Assembly (NCBI GenBank): GCA_951406725.2
Contig: OX597842.1
Location: 16,492,001 to 16,556,000 of the forward strand
DNA: 64,000 bases
Direction of reading: 5' to 3'
Source of the DNA: Octopus vulgaris
Taxonomy: Eukaryota
Positions 37,961 to 51,400 of this stretch are shown here, piece by piece. Position 1 is the stretch's first letter. Each line of letters opens with the position of its first letter. The position numbers and the translations under genes are program-made. Below the pieces are notes generated by a model. That model did no database searches, was not told the DNA's origin, and was given only the letters and a program-made list of their open reading frames with translations.

Positions 37961-38804
37961 CCCTACTCGTGAAACTGATGTATCCAGATATGGTGAGAGG
38001 TCAGACGCAACACACATCCAAGCCTCAAATCTGAAGTTGGTGCCAGAATATCAAGAAATGGACAAACTAATTATTAAGTAAACATATAGGCGCAGGAGTG
38101 GCTGTGTGGTAAGTAGCTTGCTTACCAGCCACATGGTTCCGGGTTCAGTCCCACTGCGCGGGACTTTGGGTAAGTGTCTTCTACTATAGCCTCGGGCCGA
38201 CCAAAGCTTTGTGAGTGGATTTGGTAGACGGAAACTGAAAAGAAGCCCGTCGTATATATGTATATATATATATATCTATGCATGTGTGTCTGTGTGTCTG
38301 TGTTTGTCCCCCTCACATTACTTGACAAATGATGCTGGTTTGTTTACGTCCCCGTCACTTAGCGGTTCGGCAAAAGGAGACCGATAGAATAAGTACTGGG
38401 CTTTCAAAGAATAAGTCTCGGGGTTGATTTGCTCGACTAAAGGTGGTGCTCCAGCATGGCCGCAGTCAAATGACTGAAACAAGTAAAAGAGTAAAGACTA
38501 TATATTTCTACACAAAACTTGCCCTGAATTGAGTTTAATAAGTCTTCCTTAGCCGAAACTTAGCATGAAATCGTTGTGTGGAGAATGTCGTTTTTAACAT
38601 TTGGAGGACCATTAGGCAAACTGGGCAAATATTGTCGTACATATAAATTTGGGTTTTCTTTGAGAAATATTGGTAAAATTCTGCCAATAAAGACCATGTT
38701 GTGTAATATATATAATTTTGTAGAATATTAAAGTCAGGTGTAATTTTTTTCATCCGATTTTGAATAGTCAGAATATGTGTCAGTATTTACATATTTATTT
38801 TGGG

Positions 38805-38835
<31 letters not shown>

Positions 38836-40212
38836 CACATCTCCTAATGAGTTTGCAGTAAGTTACAGATATTGATAATGTCTTGAATTTATGTTTTTAA
38901 TGCTTAAAATAAGGAATTAGTTTTCACATTTTGTTTGTTCTTTAATCTACGTCTACATGTTATTCTGTGAAAGGTATACAGTGTCTGTGGGATGTGCAAG
39001 ACACAACAGCTAAATCTTCCTTATATCACACATCATTTCATTTCACCAAGAAAAAAAAAAAGAAAAAGTAGATTTAAATATTTTCAAAAATTCATAGTGA
39101 TACCTATTTCAAGTGGTACACTCTAAATTAAAACTAGGCGGTGCCCCAGCATGGCCACAGCTCGTGAGCTGAAACTAGATGAAATGAAAAATGAATACAC
39201 AGAAAGATGATATAACAATTTTTATTGAGGAAAATTTTTGGAAAGAAATCTTTGTGGAATGGTGGGTTTATGGTCGAGTGTGCACATTGGAGACCTCTGG
39301 CACCCTAGGGCCCTGGATCACATCCCTGCTCACAGCTATCGGCCAGAAATGGCTACCTGCACGTGCTACCTGCACAAGACATTTGTACTCAGAGCCAGAG
39401 CCGGTTTCATCTGGGTTAGTATCAAAAGGGTAAATTTGCAGATTTTGTTTCACTTGTTAGAAATAGCAGCCAAATTTTGTGCAAAGTGAAGACACATTTG
39501 ACCGACTGTCTTGAACCCTTTTCGTTACCATATTTCTGTTGAGATGCTCTGTGTTTGTTTTTCAATTAATTTTAAATATAACAAAGAATTTAGAAAAATA
39601 ACTTAGTTACCATCTAGCTAGTGTTCGTATCATAAATTGTGACAAAGGTTTGGAAGAAGATTTTAATTCAAAACTTTTAAGAAAACAAGATGTTTGTACT
39701 ACAGAGCCAGAGCAGGTTTTGGCCAGGTTGGTATCAAAAGGGTTAATGTAAAATTTGAAGCGAGACAGATTTAAACTTTGCACTGTTTCTGCTCCCTCCC
39801 CCACCTTTTTTTGAGTTTTATCAATTACTATACAACACTAAAGAAACTGCATTTTTTGTCTCTTTCTTTCTTCTTGCTGAATGAAAACAAATACCAAATT
39901 AAAGGTATTTGTATAATTGTGGCTTTCCAGGTAGAATCCTAGTTTAAACAGCTCTTATAATTTCAGAAAATTTTTGCAACACACACAAATTAATATGATT
40001 ATTGAAAAGACAGCATGGAGTTTCACTTTCTGGATCATAAAATGAAATATTATCTTAATTATTAATTTAAGAGAATCACTGTCAGAAAATAGCATATTGA
40101 TATATTACTGATGTTCACCTTAATTTTACGAAATAATCTTTAATATATATCTTGTGTTTTTATTACTATACAAACCAGTATTAACAACAGAGTCTCTTCA
40201 ATTTGGACATAC

Positions 40213-40289
40213 CTTGTAGTTGTGGCTTGATGCAATGGGAAGTTTCAAAAACCAACTGGGAAATACAGACAATGAAAGGAACTTAGTTT
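40213..40289 (-). other. Candidate non-coding 5' UTR exon of the Ig-like locus
   Basis: Strong tract tcttttctttttatctttcag, 77 nt with no ATG, donor AAG|gtatgt; lies upstream of leader exons that both start right after an acceptor. Confidence 0.35.
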
Positions 40290-40654
40290 CTGAAAGATAA
40301 AAAGAAAAGAAACTATTTTTAAAAATTTTACTGAAAATGTACTGAATTTTTTTAAAATTCCAAAAGTAAAAAGGTTATGAGTGGTTATATGGGGTACTTA
40401 AACGAGAATTCCGCCAAAAATCAAATTTTCAAACTAATCTTTTTTAATAGCATAAATGTTTTTATGGGGATAAAAATATTCAAAAACAATACATGTTAGA
40501 ACCAACTGGGAAATACAAGCAAGAAAAGGAACTTAGTTTCTCTACATAAGCTGAAATATAAAATTAAAAAACTATATTTTTGAATATTCATTGGGCAACA
40601 GTTGAAACCATGGGACCATGCACAACGGCTTAACTTTGCACGTCAGATGGAAGC

Positions 40655-43600
40655 AATTTTTGAAGTAAATGACAAAGGTCATAGAGGTTGTCAGGGTTTG
40701 CAATAGAGTGCTTAAGCTCAGGTTAGTCCTACAGAGTGGCACAGCTATGATTATCTCCGCCTATGCCCCACAAGCGGGACTACCAAATGATCAGAAGGAC
40801 CAATTTTATGATACTCTTCTACAGGCTACCTCAAAGACTAGTGGCAAGGACCTCATCTTTGTGGGTGGAGACTTTAATGGGCATGTCGGGCGGAAATCCG
40901 GTATCTTCACTGGGGTACACGGTGGCCAAGGTATTGGCACCAGAAATGATGAGGGAACTAGATTACTGGAATTCTGTGATGCATGTAACCTTTCAATCTG
41001 CAACACTAACTTCAGGAAGCCTGACTGCCACCTTATAACCTATCAGTCAGGAGACTCCGCTAGCCAAATAGACTTCATCCTCACCAGACAGCGGGATGCA
41101 GGGTCACTCTTAAATACAAAGACCTTCCCGGGTGAAGAATGTATCCCTCAGCATAGGCTAATCATCAGTGACTTTAAGCTTGAGGCCAGAAAGACTTCAA
41201 GAAACAAACCAATCCAGAAAAGAAGGATTTGGAAGCTAAAGAACCCTTCACATGGTCAGAGATTTAGGGACATCCTTATCAAGAAATTTGATGAGAGGGA
41301 GGAGGAGCTTCAGACGTCGGACATAGAAGGTAGCTGGGAATTCCTACGGGACAGCTTGCTGAGTGCCACAGACCAAGTCTGTGGATGGTGCAAAGTCCCT
41401 TCCAGACCTAGAGTTACGTGGTGGTGGAATAGTGCAGTAGACAAAGCCATTAGTGCAAAGAGACAGGCCTGGAAAGCCTGGAGGGATGGGGGGCAGCAGG
41501 GAACTGTACCAGGTAGCCAAAAGGGAGGCTGGGCAGCAGGTATACATAGCCAAAGATGTAGCAGAAAAGAAGAAGTTTGCCAATGTTCTGCAACGTGAGG
41601 ACCAAAGAGCTGAGGTATTTCGGATTGCCAGACAGTGTGTGAGAGAAAATAGTGATGTTACAGGAGAGAAATGTGTCCGCATGGATGATGGGGCACTTGC
41701 TTTTAATGTTGGTGAAAAGAAAGAGGCTAGGAGAAGCCATTATGAAAGACTGCTGAATGAGGAGAATGAATGGGAGGAGGAGAACCTGCCAAATGTTGAC
41801 CCAGTAGAGGGATCAGCTATCCAAATAGACAGCTCCCTTGTAGTTAAGGCAATTAAGGATATGAAAACAGGTAAAGCCCCCGGCCCATCAGGAATCACTG
41901 CTGGGATGCTTAAAACAGCTGGCTATGTGGGCTATGGCCTAGTCACCCGCATTGTAAACCAGGTAGTTCACAATGGAGTCATACCCAATGACTGGCGTAG
42001 CAGCACCATAGTCAACTGCTACAAGGGTAAGGGTGATGCTCTAGATAGAAATAACTACAGGGGTATTAAACTGTTGGATCAGGTGATGAAGGTCACAGAG
42101 AGGGTCATAACCCATCTCATTAGGGAGAGAATTTGCTTAGATGAGATGCAGTTCGGTTTTGTGCCGGGTAGAAGCACCACTGATGCTATATTCCTGGTCC
42201 GACAACTGCAGGAGAAGTACCTAGCTAAAGATAAACCCCTCTACATAGCTTTTGTGGACTTGGAGAAAGCCTTTGACAGGGTTCCCCGATCCCTTATCTG
42301 GTGGTCGATGCGGAAACTGGAAATTGACGAATGGCTAATAAGGGCTGTACAGGCTCTATACAGAGAGGCTGTCAGCAAGGTTAGGATTGGCAACGAATAT
42401 AGTGAAGAATTCCGGGTAGAAGTAGGTGTACACCAAGGCTCAGCCCTCAGTCCCCTTTTATTCATCATAGTCCTCCAGGCAATAACAGAGGAATTCAAAA
42501 CAGGATGCCCCTGGGAGCTCCTCTATGCTGATGACCTGGCTCTCATAGCAGAATCACTACCGGAGATAGAAAAGAAATTTCAGGTGTGGAAGCAAGGGTT
42601 AGAATCAAAGGGCCTTAGAGTAAATGTAGCAAAGACCAAAGTTATAGTAAGCAGAACGGCGAACTCAGCACACACACCCTCGGGCAGGTGGCCCTGCTCG
42701 ATCTGTAGGAAAGGTGTAGGTAGAAACTCCATAAGATGCACCCAATGTAAGCTATGGATGCATAAGAGGTGCAGCAACATCAAAGGGAAATTAACTGATA
42801 AGATAGCTTTCATGTGCGGCAGATGCACAGGGACAATAGACACCACAGACACTCAGAAAACAGATTCCATCACACTCCAGGGGGAGAAACTAGAAGTAGT
42901 TGATAGTTTCCGCTACCTCGGTGACCAAGTTAGTAGTGGAGGTGGATGCTCAGAGAGTATCACAACTAGAATACGAATAGCCTGGGCAAAGTTCAGAAAG
43001 CTCCTACCCCTACTGGCAACAAAGGGTCTCTCGCTCAGAGTGAAAGGTAGATTGTATGATGCATGTGTGTGAACTGCCATGCTTCACGGTAGTGAAACAT
43101 GGGCTGTGACTGCAGAGGACATGCGTAGACTTGAAAGAAATGAAGCTAGCATGATCCGCTGGATGTGTAATGTCAGTGTGCACGCACAACAGAGTGTAAG
43201 CACCCTGAGAGAAATGCCGGACATAAGAAGCATCAGATGTGGTGTGCAAGAGCGACGCTTGCGATGGTATGGTCATGTACTGCGGATGGATGAGGAGAGA
43301 TGTGTGAAGAAGTGCCACTCCCAAACAGTTGAAGGTATCAGGGGGAGAGGTAGACCCAGGAAGACATGGGATGAGGTAGTCAAGCATGACCTCAGAGGGT
43401 TGGGCCTCACTGAGGCAATGGCGAAGGACCGAGATCTCTGGAGATATGCTGTGACTGTAAAGACCCGGGCTGCTTCCTGCACCAGTTCCGCATAGACCCC
43501 TGCCCATTCAAAGTACCCTGGATCCCGGAATGTCTCGCTGTGCTTGAGGAGACCTGTTGAGTCAAGTACATGAACATGAACATCGAAATAAATATCAATG

Positions 43601-44008
43601 GAAATAGTAGTTGTGATACCTGTGCCGGTGGCACATAAAAAGCACCATCCGTACGTGGCCGTTGCCAGCGCCGCCTCAACTGGCTTCTGTGCCGGTGGCA
43701 TATAAAAAGCACCATCCGAACGTGGCCGTTGCCAGTGCCGCCTTAGCTGGCTTCCGTGCCGGTGGCACGTTAAAAGCTCCAACCGATCGTGGCCGATGCC
43801 GGACCCCACTAGCACCTGTGCAGGTGGCACGTAAAAAGCACCCACTACACTCGCGGAGTGGTTGGCGTTAGGAAGAGCATCCAGCTGTAGAAACACTGCC
43901 AGATAAGACTGGAGCCTGGTGCAGCCCCTGGCTTCCCAGACCCCGGTCGAACCGTCCAACCCATGCTAGCGCGGAAAACGGACGTTAAACAATGATGATG
44001 AAGATGAT
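40655..44008 (+). mobile_element. RTE-clade LINE, 5'-truncated and inactivated (APE endonuclease + RT + internal PHD finger + 3' UTR with (TGA)n tail)
   Basis: APE motifs SAYAP, GDFNGH, SQIDFIL; RT motifs KAPGPSG, QFGF, FVDLEKAFDRV, GVHQGS, LLYADD; C-terminal RRLRWYGHV and RGRGRPRKTW typical of RTE. Extra G in the G run at 41488-41493 and an in-frame TGA at 43070-43072. Confidence 0.93.
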
Positions 44009-45629
44009 GTACTGAATTTTTTTTCATTCCAAAAAGTTAAAAAAGGTTATGAGTAAAAAAGGTTATGGGGTACTTAAACGTGAATTCCACCAAAAATCAA
44101 ATTTTCAAACTAATTTCTTTTTAATAGCATAAATGTTTTTATGGGAATAAAAATATTGAAGAACATTAATACATGTTACAGTGAGGAAGAAACAAGAATG
44201 GGATGTGTTAGAAACAACAGGCAGATCTCCCTTAAATCACACACCTTTCTTTACTCATAACTTTCTCAGAAATGGATATTAATGGATATTTCGGAATTTG
44301 TTGTGAAAATGTTTTATAAGGGTGGGGTGAAAAGTCTTGGAAAATACACATCAGTCAGCTTTATTTCCTCATAACTTTTGGAGAAATGGATATTTCTTTG
44401 ATGAAATTTTCTACAAATATCATTCAGATTGTGAAGGTGAAATTATATCAGAATTTAATACGTAAACAAAATTTGTGGGCTCACACACATACATAATTAC
44501 ATACACATCATGAATTGAAACTTAAAATTTTGATAAAAAATGTTATATCTGCATGTGTGTGTGCAAACATATCAATTTTTTTTTGTTAGAATAGATTTCA
44601 ATCTAATTATAATCTACATCTGAAGCATATTTGTTGCAAATTTCGTTTAAAAGAATATTAATTTTTCTGGACGATATGAGGAAAGAAAGTCAGAGGTGTA
44701 TGGCGGGTCGGGTGGGGGGCATTTGTGTAGATATGCTTCTGCTTCTTTCAGCAATTTGACTGGGGTCTTTCAAACAAATTGACCCCAGGACTTATTTCTA
44801 AGCCTAGAACTAATTGTATTGATATATTTTGCTGAAATACTAAATTAGGGGGACCACATACACACACACACATACTCATGACAGGCTCCTTTCAGTTTCC
44901 GTCTACCAAATCCACTCACAAGGCCTTGAGTGATGCATGGTTTTAATAGCAGACACTTGGGGTCGATTTGCTCAACTAAAGGTGGTGCTCCAGCATGGCC
45001 ACAGTGAAATGACTGGAACAAGTAAAAGAGTAACTTCTAATGAAGTTTTAAACAAACACCTTTCAAATGACATAGATTACGATTACAAAAAATTTGTGGG
45101 GAAGATGTTTCCTGAGGGGGTGGAAAGAGGAGTTTCGGATGAAGAAGACCAAATAAGTTGGAACTAATCTCCATATACCCTGAGTCCACAGCATCCAAGT
45201 GGTATTTGTTGGAAATTTCATTAAAAAGTATCCAATTTCCTGGAAGTTATGAGGCAACAAAGTCGGTGGGGTACACATCTATAGTTACGGCTTTTTTAAA
45301 CATTATTTTTTAAAAAGCTTTTATAGAGAAACAACATCGGTGAGGATTGTCCATTGTTAGGTCTAAATTATATTACAGACTTTTAACATGCTACATCCAT
45401 ATCATTTAATTAAAAATAATTTTCATTAATTATATAGATGCAATGGTTGGCCCGAGGCTATAGTTGAAGACTCTTCCCCAAAGTAGTACTGAGAATGAAA
45501 TCATGTGGTTAGGAAGCTTGCTAAATAAGATTTGTGATACCTCTGTCGCAGCCTTATCTACGATTCCTTATAACGATCCGATCAATGACTTTGCAATTCA
45601 AAAAAGTAGGAGAAAGTTTTATTTTATCG

Positions 45630-46072
45630 GCAATCTTTCGTCTCTAGTAGACCCTTCCGTCGATTTCCGTAAAAAAAAATTTTTTTTTTTACATATGGGC
45701 TTGCGGGAACTTTTGAAGTAATGAGAGCGAAAGAGACTAAGAGAAAGCAATTGTATGACGAGGGAAGTTCTTTTGAAGTTACCGTGCATGTGAAGCATTG
45801 ATGTACATGTGTGTGTGTGTGTGTGTTTGATGGGGTGTGGGAGACAGACAGTATGTTGTGTAAGTGAAGTGCTTCTGTTAGTGTGTGTGAAGAGACAGAG
45901 TAATGTGTGAAAGAGAGAGATAACTGAAATTTTTTACTCGGTGTATGTGTATATGTATGTGTGTGTGTATATGTATGTATATTACTTCAAAAGTTCCCGC
46001 AAGCACATGTGTCAAAAAAAAAAAATTTTACGGAAATCGACGGAAAGGTCTACTAGAGACGAAAGGTAATTG
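45630..46072. mobile_element. MITE with ~90-bp terminal inverted repeats
   Basis: ctttcgtctctagtagacc.ttccgtcgatttccgtaaaa...gcgggaacttttgaagtaat versus its reverse complement at ~45981-46066. Confidence 0.8.
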
Positions 46073-49000
46073 TTTATATTTTGAATTACATAATCTTTTA
46101 AGGAGACACCAAATTCTTTTAAATGCTTAGGGCCTCAATGGCCCTGCCCAACGTGGAATTTAAAAAGACTTACCCGAGAACAAGTATTGTCACCAAAAAT
46201 TAAAACGTGGCAGCTTCTATGAACTTCTCGTCTTCTAGATGGTTCCGGGTGCGCACGCATGCATCCACGTCAGCTAGTGGTAAGGAGTCAATCCTACAAC
46301 AACTTTTTAACTCTAACCCTAACCTTAGTTGGTTTATAAAGATAATTTATTTACTTAGTTTACAAAATTATTTACTTTCCGTTTTATTTACTTTATTCAA
46401 AAAATATTATTTAATTTTCTTTCATATGTATTCAGCCTTGAGATACAAACACGACTAGCTAGTGCAGATGTGCGCACCGGCACCACTGTTCACTAGTAGT
46501 ACCCAAGACTTTTTGGTTAAACTAAAGCGTTTGACCCCAGTCATTAAAAAAAAAATAGTGTAGCCCCAGCATGGCCACATTCTAATGACAGAAACAAGTA
46601 AAAGATAAAAGAACACACACACACACATTATTACTGAAAGGCTCCATTTCCCTGAGTTACCAATTTCTGATCATCAAGTTTCCAATGAAACTTTGCTGGC
46701 CTAATTTTGTTTTATTTCCACAGCATAAAAACATAAAAATAGAACAGGCACACACACACACAGACAAGATCTTGCCTGTTCTGTTTTTATATATTTGTGC
46801 TGTGGAATTTTTCATTTGAAACTTGACGAAAAAAGTCTTGGGTATTACTTACACTATTTTTTTTTTTTTAGTTTAACCCATTTCTTGTCTATTTTTTAAA
46901 ATTCCTTTCACATTTACGACACACATCCAAAGCAAAATTTTTTGAGGGTCCCTAAGATGCTATTGGATTCCCAATTTGCTGTTTTCTTACATGGATCTCC
47001 TAAAATCTTATATGGACACTCAGGAGCCATGTGGACCCTGTTTGAGAACCACTGCTTTCAAGTATTACATTAAAGCATTATTTAAACCACAAACAGTTTC
47101 AGGATTTTGAGTGTATGGAGCTTATAACATTTATAATAATACTAGTCTGAAGGCTGCACACAATGTGGACCTTTACGCTTACTCTTGCGGAAGGATAATT
47201 TGGCCTACAGCCCCAAACTAAAGTGGGCTAAATAGCATGACCATAATACATCTATAATGACTATATGCCTTGGTGGTGGTTAAACTAAAGCGTTTGACCC
47301 AGTCATAAAAAAAAAATAGTGTAATAGGTGTAAGTAATACCCAAGACTTTTTTATTCAAGTTTCAAAGGAAACGTTGCTGGCCTAATTTTGTTATGTTTA
47401 TATTCCACAGCACAAATACATAAAAACAGAACAGGCACACACACACACACACAGACAAGATCTTTTATTATGTATAGATATGTAACAGTCCCACTGCGTG
47501 GTGGCATCTTGGGCAAGTGTTTCTACTATAGCCTTGAGAGTGGATTTGGTGCATGGAAACTGAAAGAAGCCCCTGTGTGTGTTTGTCCCCCTTACCCCAC
47601 AACATCGTTTGACAACCGATCCTGGTGTGTTTACGTCCCTGTAACTTAGCAGTTCAGCAAAAGAGACTGATAGAATAAGTACTAGGCTTACAAAAGTAGG
47701 TCCCAGGGTCGATTTGCTCGACTAAAGGGGGTGCTCCAGGATGGCCGCAGTCAAATGAATGAAACAAGTAAAAGAGCAAAAGAGTAAGGAGTAAAACAGT
47801 GCCCCAGCATGGCCACAATCTAATGACGGAAACAAGTAAAAGATAAAAGAACACACACACACACACATGCATTATTACTGAAAGGCTCCATTTCCCTGAG
47901 TTACTAATTTCCGATCATCAGCTGGTAAATTGATCTTCCTTTTCTTTTGAAATATTCCCCATTTGAATAAGCTTTTGAAATTTGAAATGGAAGTTTGAAG
48001 GAAACACTGATCTTTATGCTCTATTGTTCAAAAAACCTTTGTGAACGACAAGTAGCAAAAAAGGGGCTGCCTCAAGGTTATACTTTTAATTTTGTATCTG
48101 GTTTTCATGGTAATACTATTACAAACATCTTAAACCACTTATGAGTGAAGTCCTGCAAATGTCTTATGTTTAAATAATGTTTTACAGTTATATAGGCGCA
48201 GGAGTGGCTGTGTGGTAAGTAGCTTGCTAACCAACCACATGTTTGTGGCATCTTGGGCAAGTGTCTTCTGCTATAGCCTCAGGCCGACCAAAGCCTCGTG
48301 AGTGGATTTGGTAGGCGGAAACTGAAAGAAGCCCGTCTTAGGCTATAGTAGAAGACACTTGCCCAAGGAGCCACACAGTGGGACTGAACCCGGAACCATG
48401 TGGTTGGTAAGCAAGCTACTTACCACACAGCCACTCCTACGCCTTGTATCAAAATTAATAACAAAAAGCACAGGTGTGACTGAGTAGTAAGAAGCTTGCT
48501 TCCCTACCACATGGTCCTGGGTTCAGTCTTACTGTGCGGCACCTGGGGTAAGTGTCTTCTACTATAGTCGCATGCCAACTAAAGCTTTGTGAGTGGATTT
48601 GATAGATGAAAACTGAAAGAAACTCATCATACTCCTTGTTTTTTTCTGTGTCCCTGTTTGTAGAAGAGCGTAGGCTCGAAACGTAAAAGACTTTTTTTAT
48701 TCCTGAGCATTATACTAATACATCTGTTTGTTTTCTACACCACCTGTCTTCGTCTTTTGTTTTTTTTGTAAACTCTCCCTATATATATATGCGTGTATAT
48801 ATATATATTGTTTTGGGATTTGGTTTGCAAGATTCTTTATATGAGTTCGTGTGTTGAAGCATATTCTGTTGTGTCTGGGGAGAGTCAATTTCTTTTAGTG
48901 ACTTGTAATTTAACACACTCACCGGTAAAATTTCCACTTATTTCTTAAAATTTTCGTTGCATCTTGCAACCTTTTCAATATGCCTATAAGCATACACATA

Positions 49001-49489
49001 CAAACATCTAAATCTCTCTTTACCTGTTCCAGTTGGTCACTTGACTGTGGCCATGTTGGGGCACCGCCTTAAAAACTTTTAGTTGAATGAATCAATCCAG
49101 TACTTATTTTATTGATACATTATTGGTGTCTACTGCCAAACTGCTGAGTTACAGGGATGTAAACAAAACAACACCAGTTGTTTAGTGGTAGTGGGGACAA
49201 ACATAAATACACACACACTGTCTTCATGGAAGATTGGAAATTAAGAACACCGCTTCCATGACAGGGACACTCGTTTACGACAATCACATGAGGTTAAAGC
49301 AAAGAAACTGTAACACATAAAAAAATGGCACCCCATCGGTTATGAGGGCTTCAGTGGATCTGATCAACAGAACAGCCTGCTCCTGAAATTAATGTGCAAG
49401 TGGTTGAGCATTCCACAGATATCTGGACCCTAAAGCTCTCAACATGTTATCCTGTATATTTTTATTTAGAGTTGTGATCCCCGTGCCAA

Positions 49490-50050
49490 TGGCACATAAA
49501 AGGCACCATCCGAACATGGCTAATGTCAGCACCACCTGGACTAGCTTCCATGCTGGTGGCACATAAAAAGTACCAATTGTGGTTGTTGCCAGCCGCCTCT
49601 AGCCCCTTTGCTGGTGGCATGTAAAAGGCACCAACCGATCTTGGTCGTTGCCAGCTGCCTCTGGCCCCTGTGCCGGTGGCACATAAAAAGCACCAACCGA
49701 TTGTGGTCGTTGCCAGCCGCCTCTAGCCCCTTTGCTGGTGGCACGTAAAAGGCACCAACCGATCTTGGTTGTTGCCAGCTGCCCCTGGCCCCTGTGCCGG
49801 TGGCACGTAAAAAGCACCAACCGATTGTGGTCGTTGCCAGTCGCCTCTAGCCCCTTTGCTGGTGGCACGTAAAAGGCACCAACCGATTGTGGTCGTTGCC
49901 AGCCGCCTCTGGCCCCTTTGCTGGTGGGACATAAAAGGCAACAACCGATCTTGGTCGTTGCCAGCTACCTCTGGCCCCTGTGCCGGTGGCACGTAAAAAG
50001 CACCAACCGATTGTGGTCATTGCCAGCCGCCTCTGGCACGTAAAAGCACT
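49490..50050 (+). repeat. ~62-bp tandem expansion inside an RTE 3' UTR copy
   Basis: ggtggcacgtaaaaggcaccaaccgat...gttgccagc..cctct repeated about 8 times. Confidence 0.85.
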
Positions 50051-50652
50051 TGCTCAAGGATGATGGGTTGCCAGGTATTGAACTTGTGACCTTATGGCTT
50101 TAAGCAAAATACCCTAACCACTAAGCTACATGCTTTCACTTTCAATTTACATTCGAAATCGGTCAAAAATCAATGGAAATTGTAGTTGTGATACCAGTGC
50201 CAAGTGAAAAGATCCATCGGAACCATGTGGTTTGGAAGCAATCATCTTCTCACACAGCCATGCTCATCATCATTATTATTTAATGTCTGTTGTCCATGCT
50301 GGAAGGCTGAGCCAGGATCCAGTCTGATTTGGCATGGTTTTCTACAGCTGGATGCCCTTCCAAATGCCAACCACTCCAAGGGTGCTTTTACATTCCACCG
50401 GCATGGGTGCCATTTGCATGGCACTGGTATCTGTCACGACTGCGATTTTGGTTGCTGATGGGTCTTCTTCTCAAGCATGACGTAATGCCAAAGGTCTTGG
50501 CCATTGCCTCTGTGAAGCCTAACCCTCGAAAGGAACTCTGCCACTCTGCCCCCAAGGGGCTCATTAATTAAAAAACACCAAAAAACACTCTTTTGTTTGT
50601 AATTTCTTTATTTGTTCTTTTTGTTGTTTTTGTTTGAAATGACTTGAAACTA

Positions 50653-50688
<36 letters not shown>

Positions 50689-51222
50689 CCAGCTGATATG
50701 GTAGAGACAATAAGGGAAATGACTCAACTTGCTAGAAATAGCAGCCAGATGTCCTTCAAATCACATTCTTCTATTTAAAGTCAGTATTGAACTGTATAGT
50801 TACTGGTATCAAAATTCAAGGAAAAATGGGATGATCATGGCTGGAAGCCCCTGAACTGCCTTCTTGTTTGATCAAGGCTGGCCTAGGGCTAAACAACACA
50901 ATCATCTATACAGTCATGGGATATCCCAAAGAGATAGACAGGATGGTCATTGATGGAACGTCCTGGACCACTTCTGATCGTAAGTTCTGTTGGGTTTAGG
51001 GCAGACCTGGGGCTAAAAAGAAACAACAACAACAACTGTAACGACAAACAAATAGATGGGATGGTCATTGATGGAACCTCCTGGACCATTCTTGATTGTA
51101 AGTTCTGCTGAGTCCAGGGCTGACTCGGGGCTAAAAAACAACAAACACATAGACACACAAAAGTCCAGCTTCTCTGCCTGTGGGGGCAGGGCCCTCAGGC
51201 TCACACAGAAGCATATTCTTGT

Positions 51223-51400
51223 TTATCGAAGCCAAGGGTCAGGTCGGTTCTTTCTCATTAGAAACTCAATTTTCTGGTTCATACTGTTGTCGTAGATCCT
51301 CTTACACCTCTCATAGCTAAGTCGGCGCCTCTTTTGAAATGGTTTCTCGTAGTACATTCGTTGGCGGTGAAGTTCTAATACTTTGTCCACTCGCAGGATT
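51223..51400 (-). CDS. MRPS21: Mitochondrial ribosomal protein S21 (bS21m), last coding exon: (R)ILRVDKVLELHRQRMYYEKPFQKRRRLSYERCKRIYDNSMNQKIEFLMRKNRPDPWLR*
   Basis: YYEKP..RRR.SYERC.RIY..M..KI.FLMRKNR.DPW signature; acceptor tttcccttag|A completes the AG/A codon from the upstream exon. Confidence 0.95.

Noticed and set aside
38089-38165. tRNA gene
   Set aside because: A/B boxes belong to a SINE head that continues into the SINE body; no full cloverleaf seen.
40340-44180. ~170-bp direct repeats flanking the RTE as a giant target-site duplication or LTRs
   Set aside because: The copies are diverged and part of a local ~250-bp tandem duplication (about 40250-40590 continuing at 44008) that the LINE interrupted.
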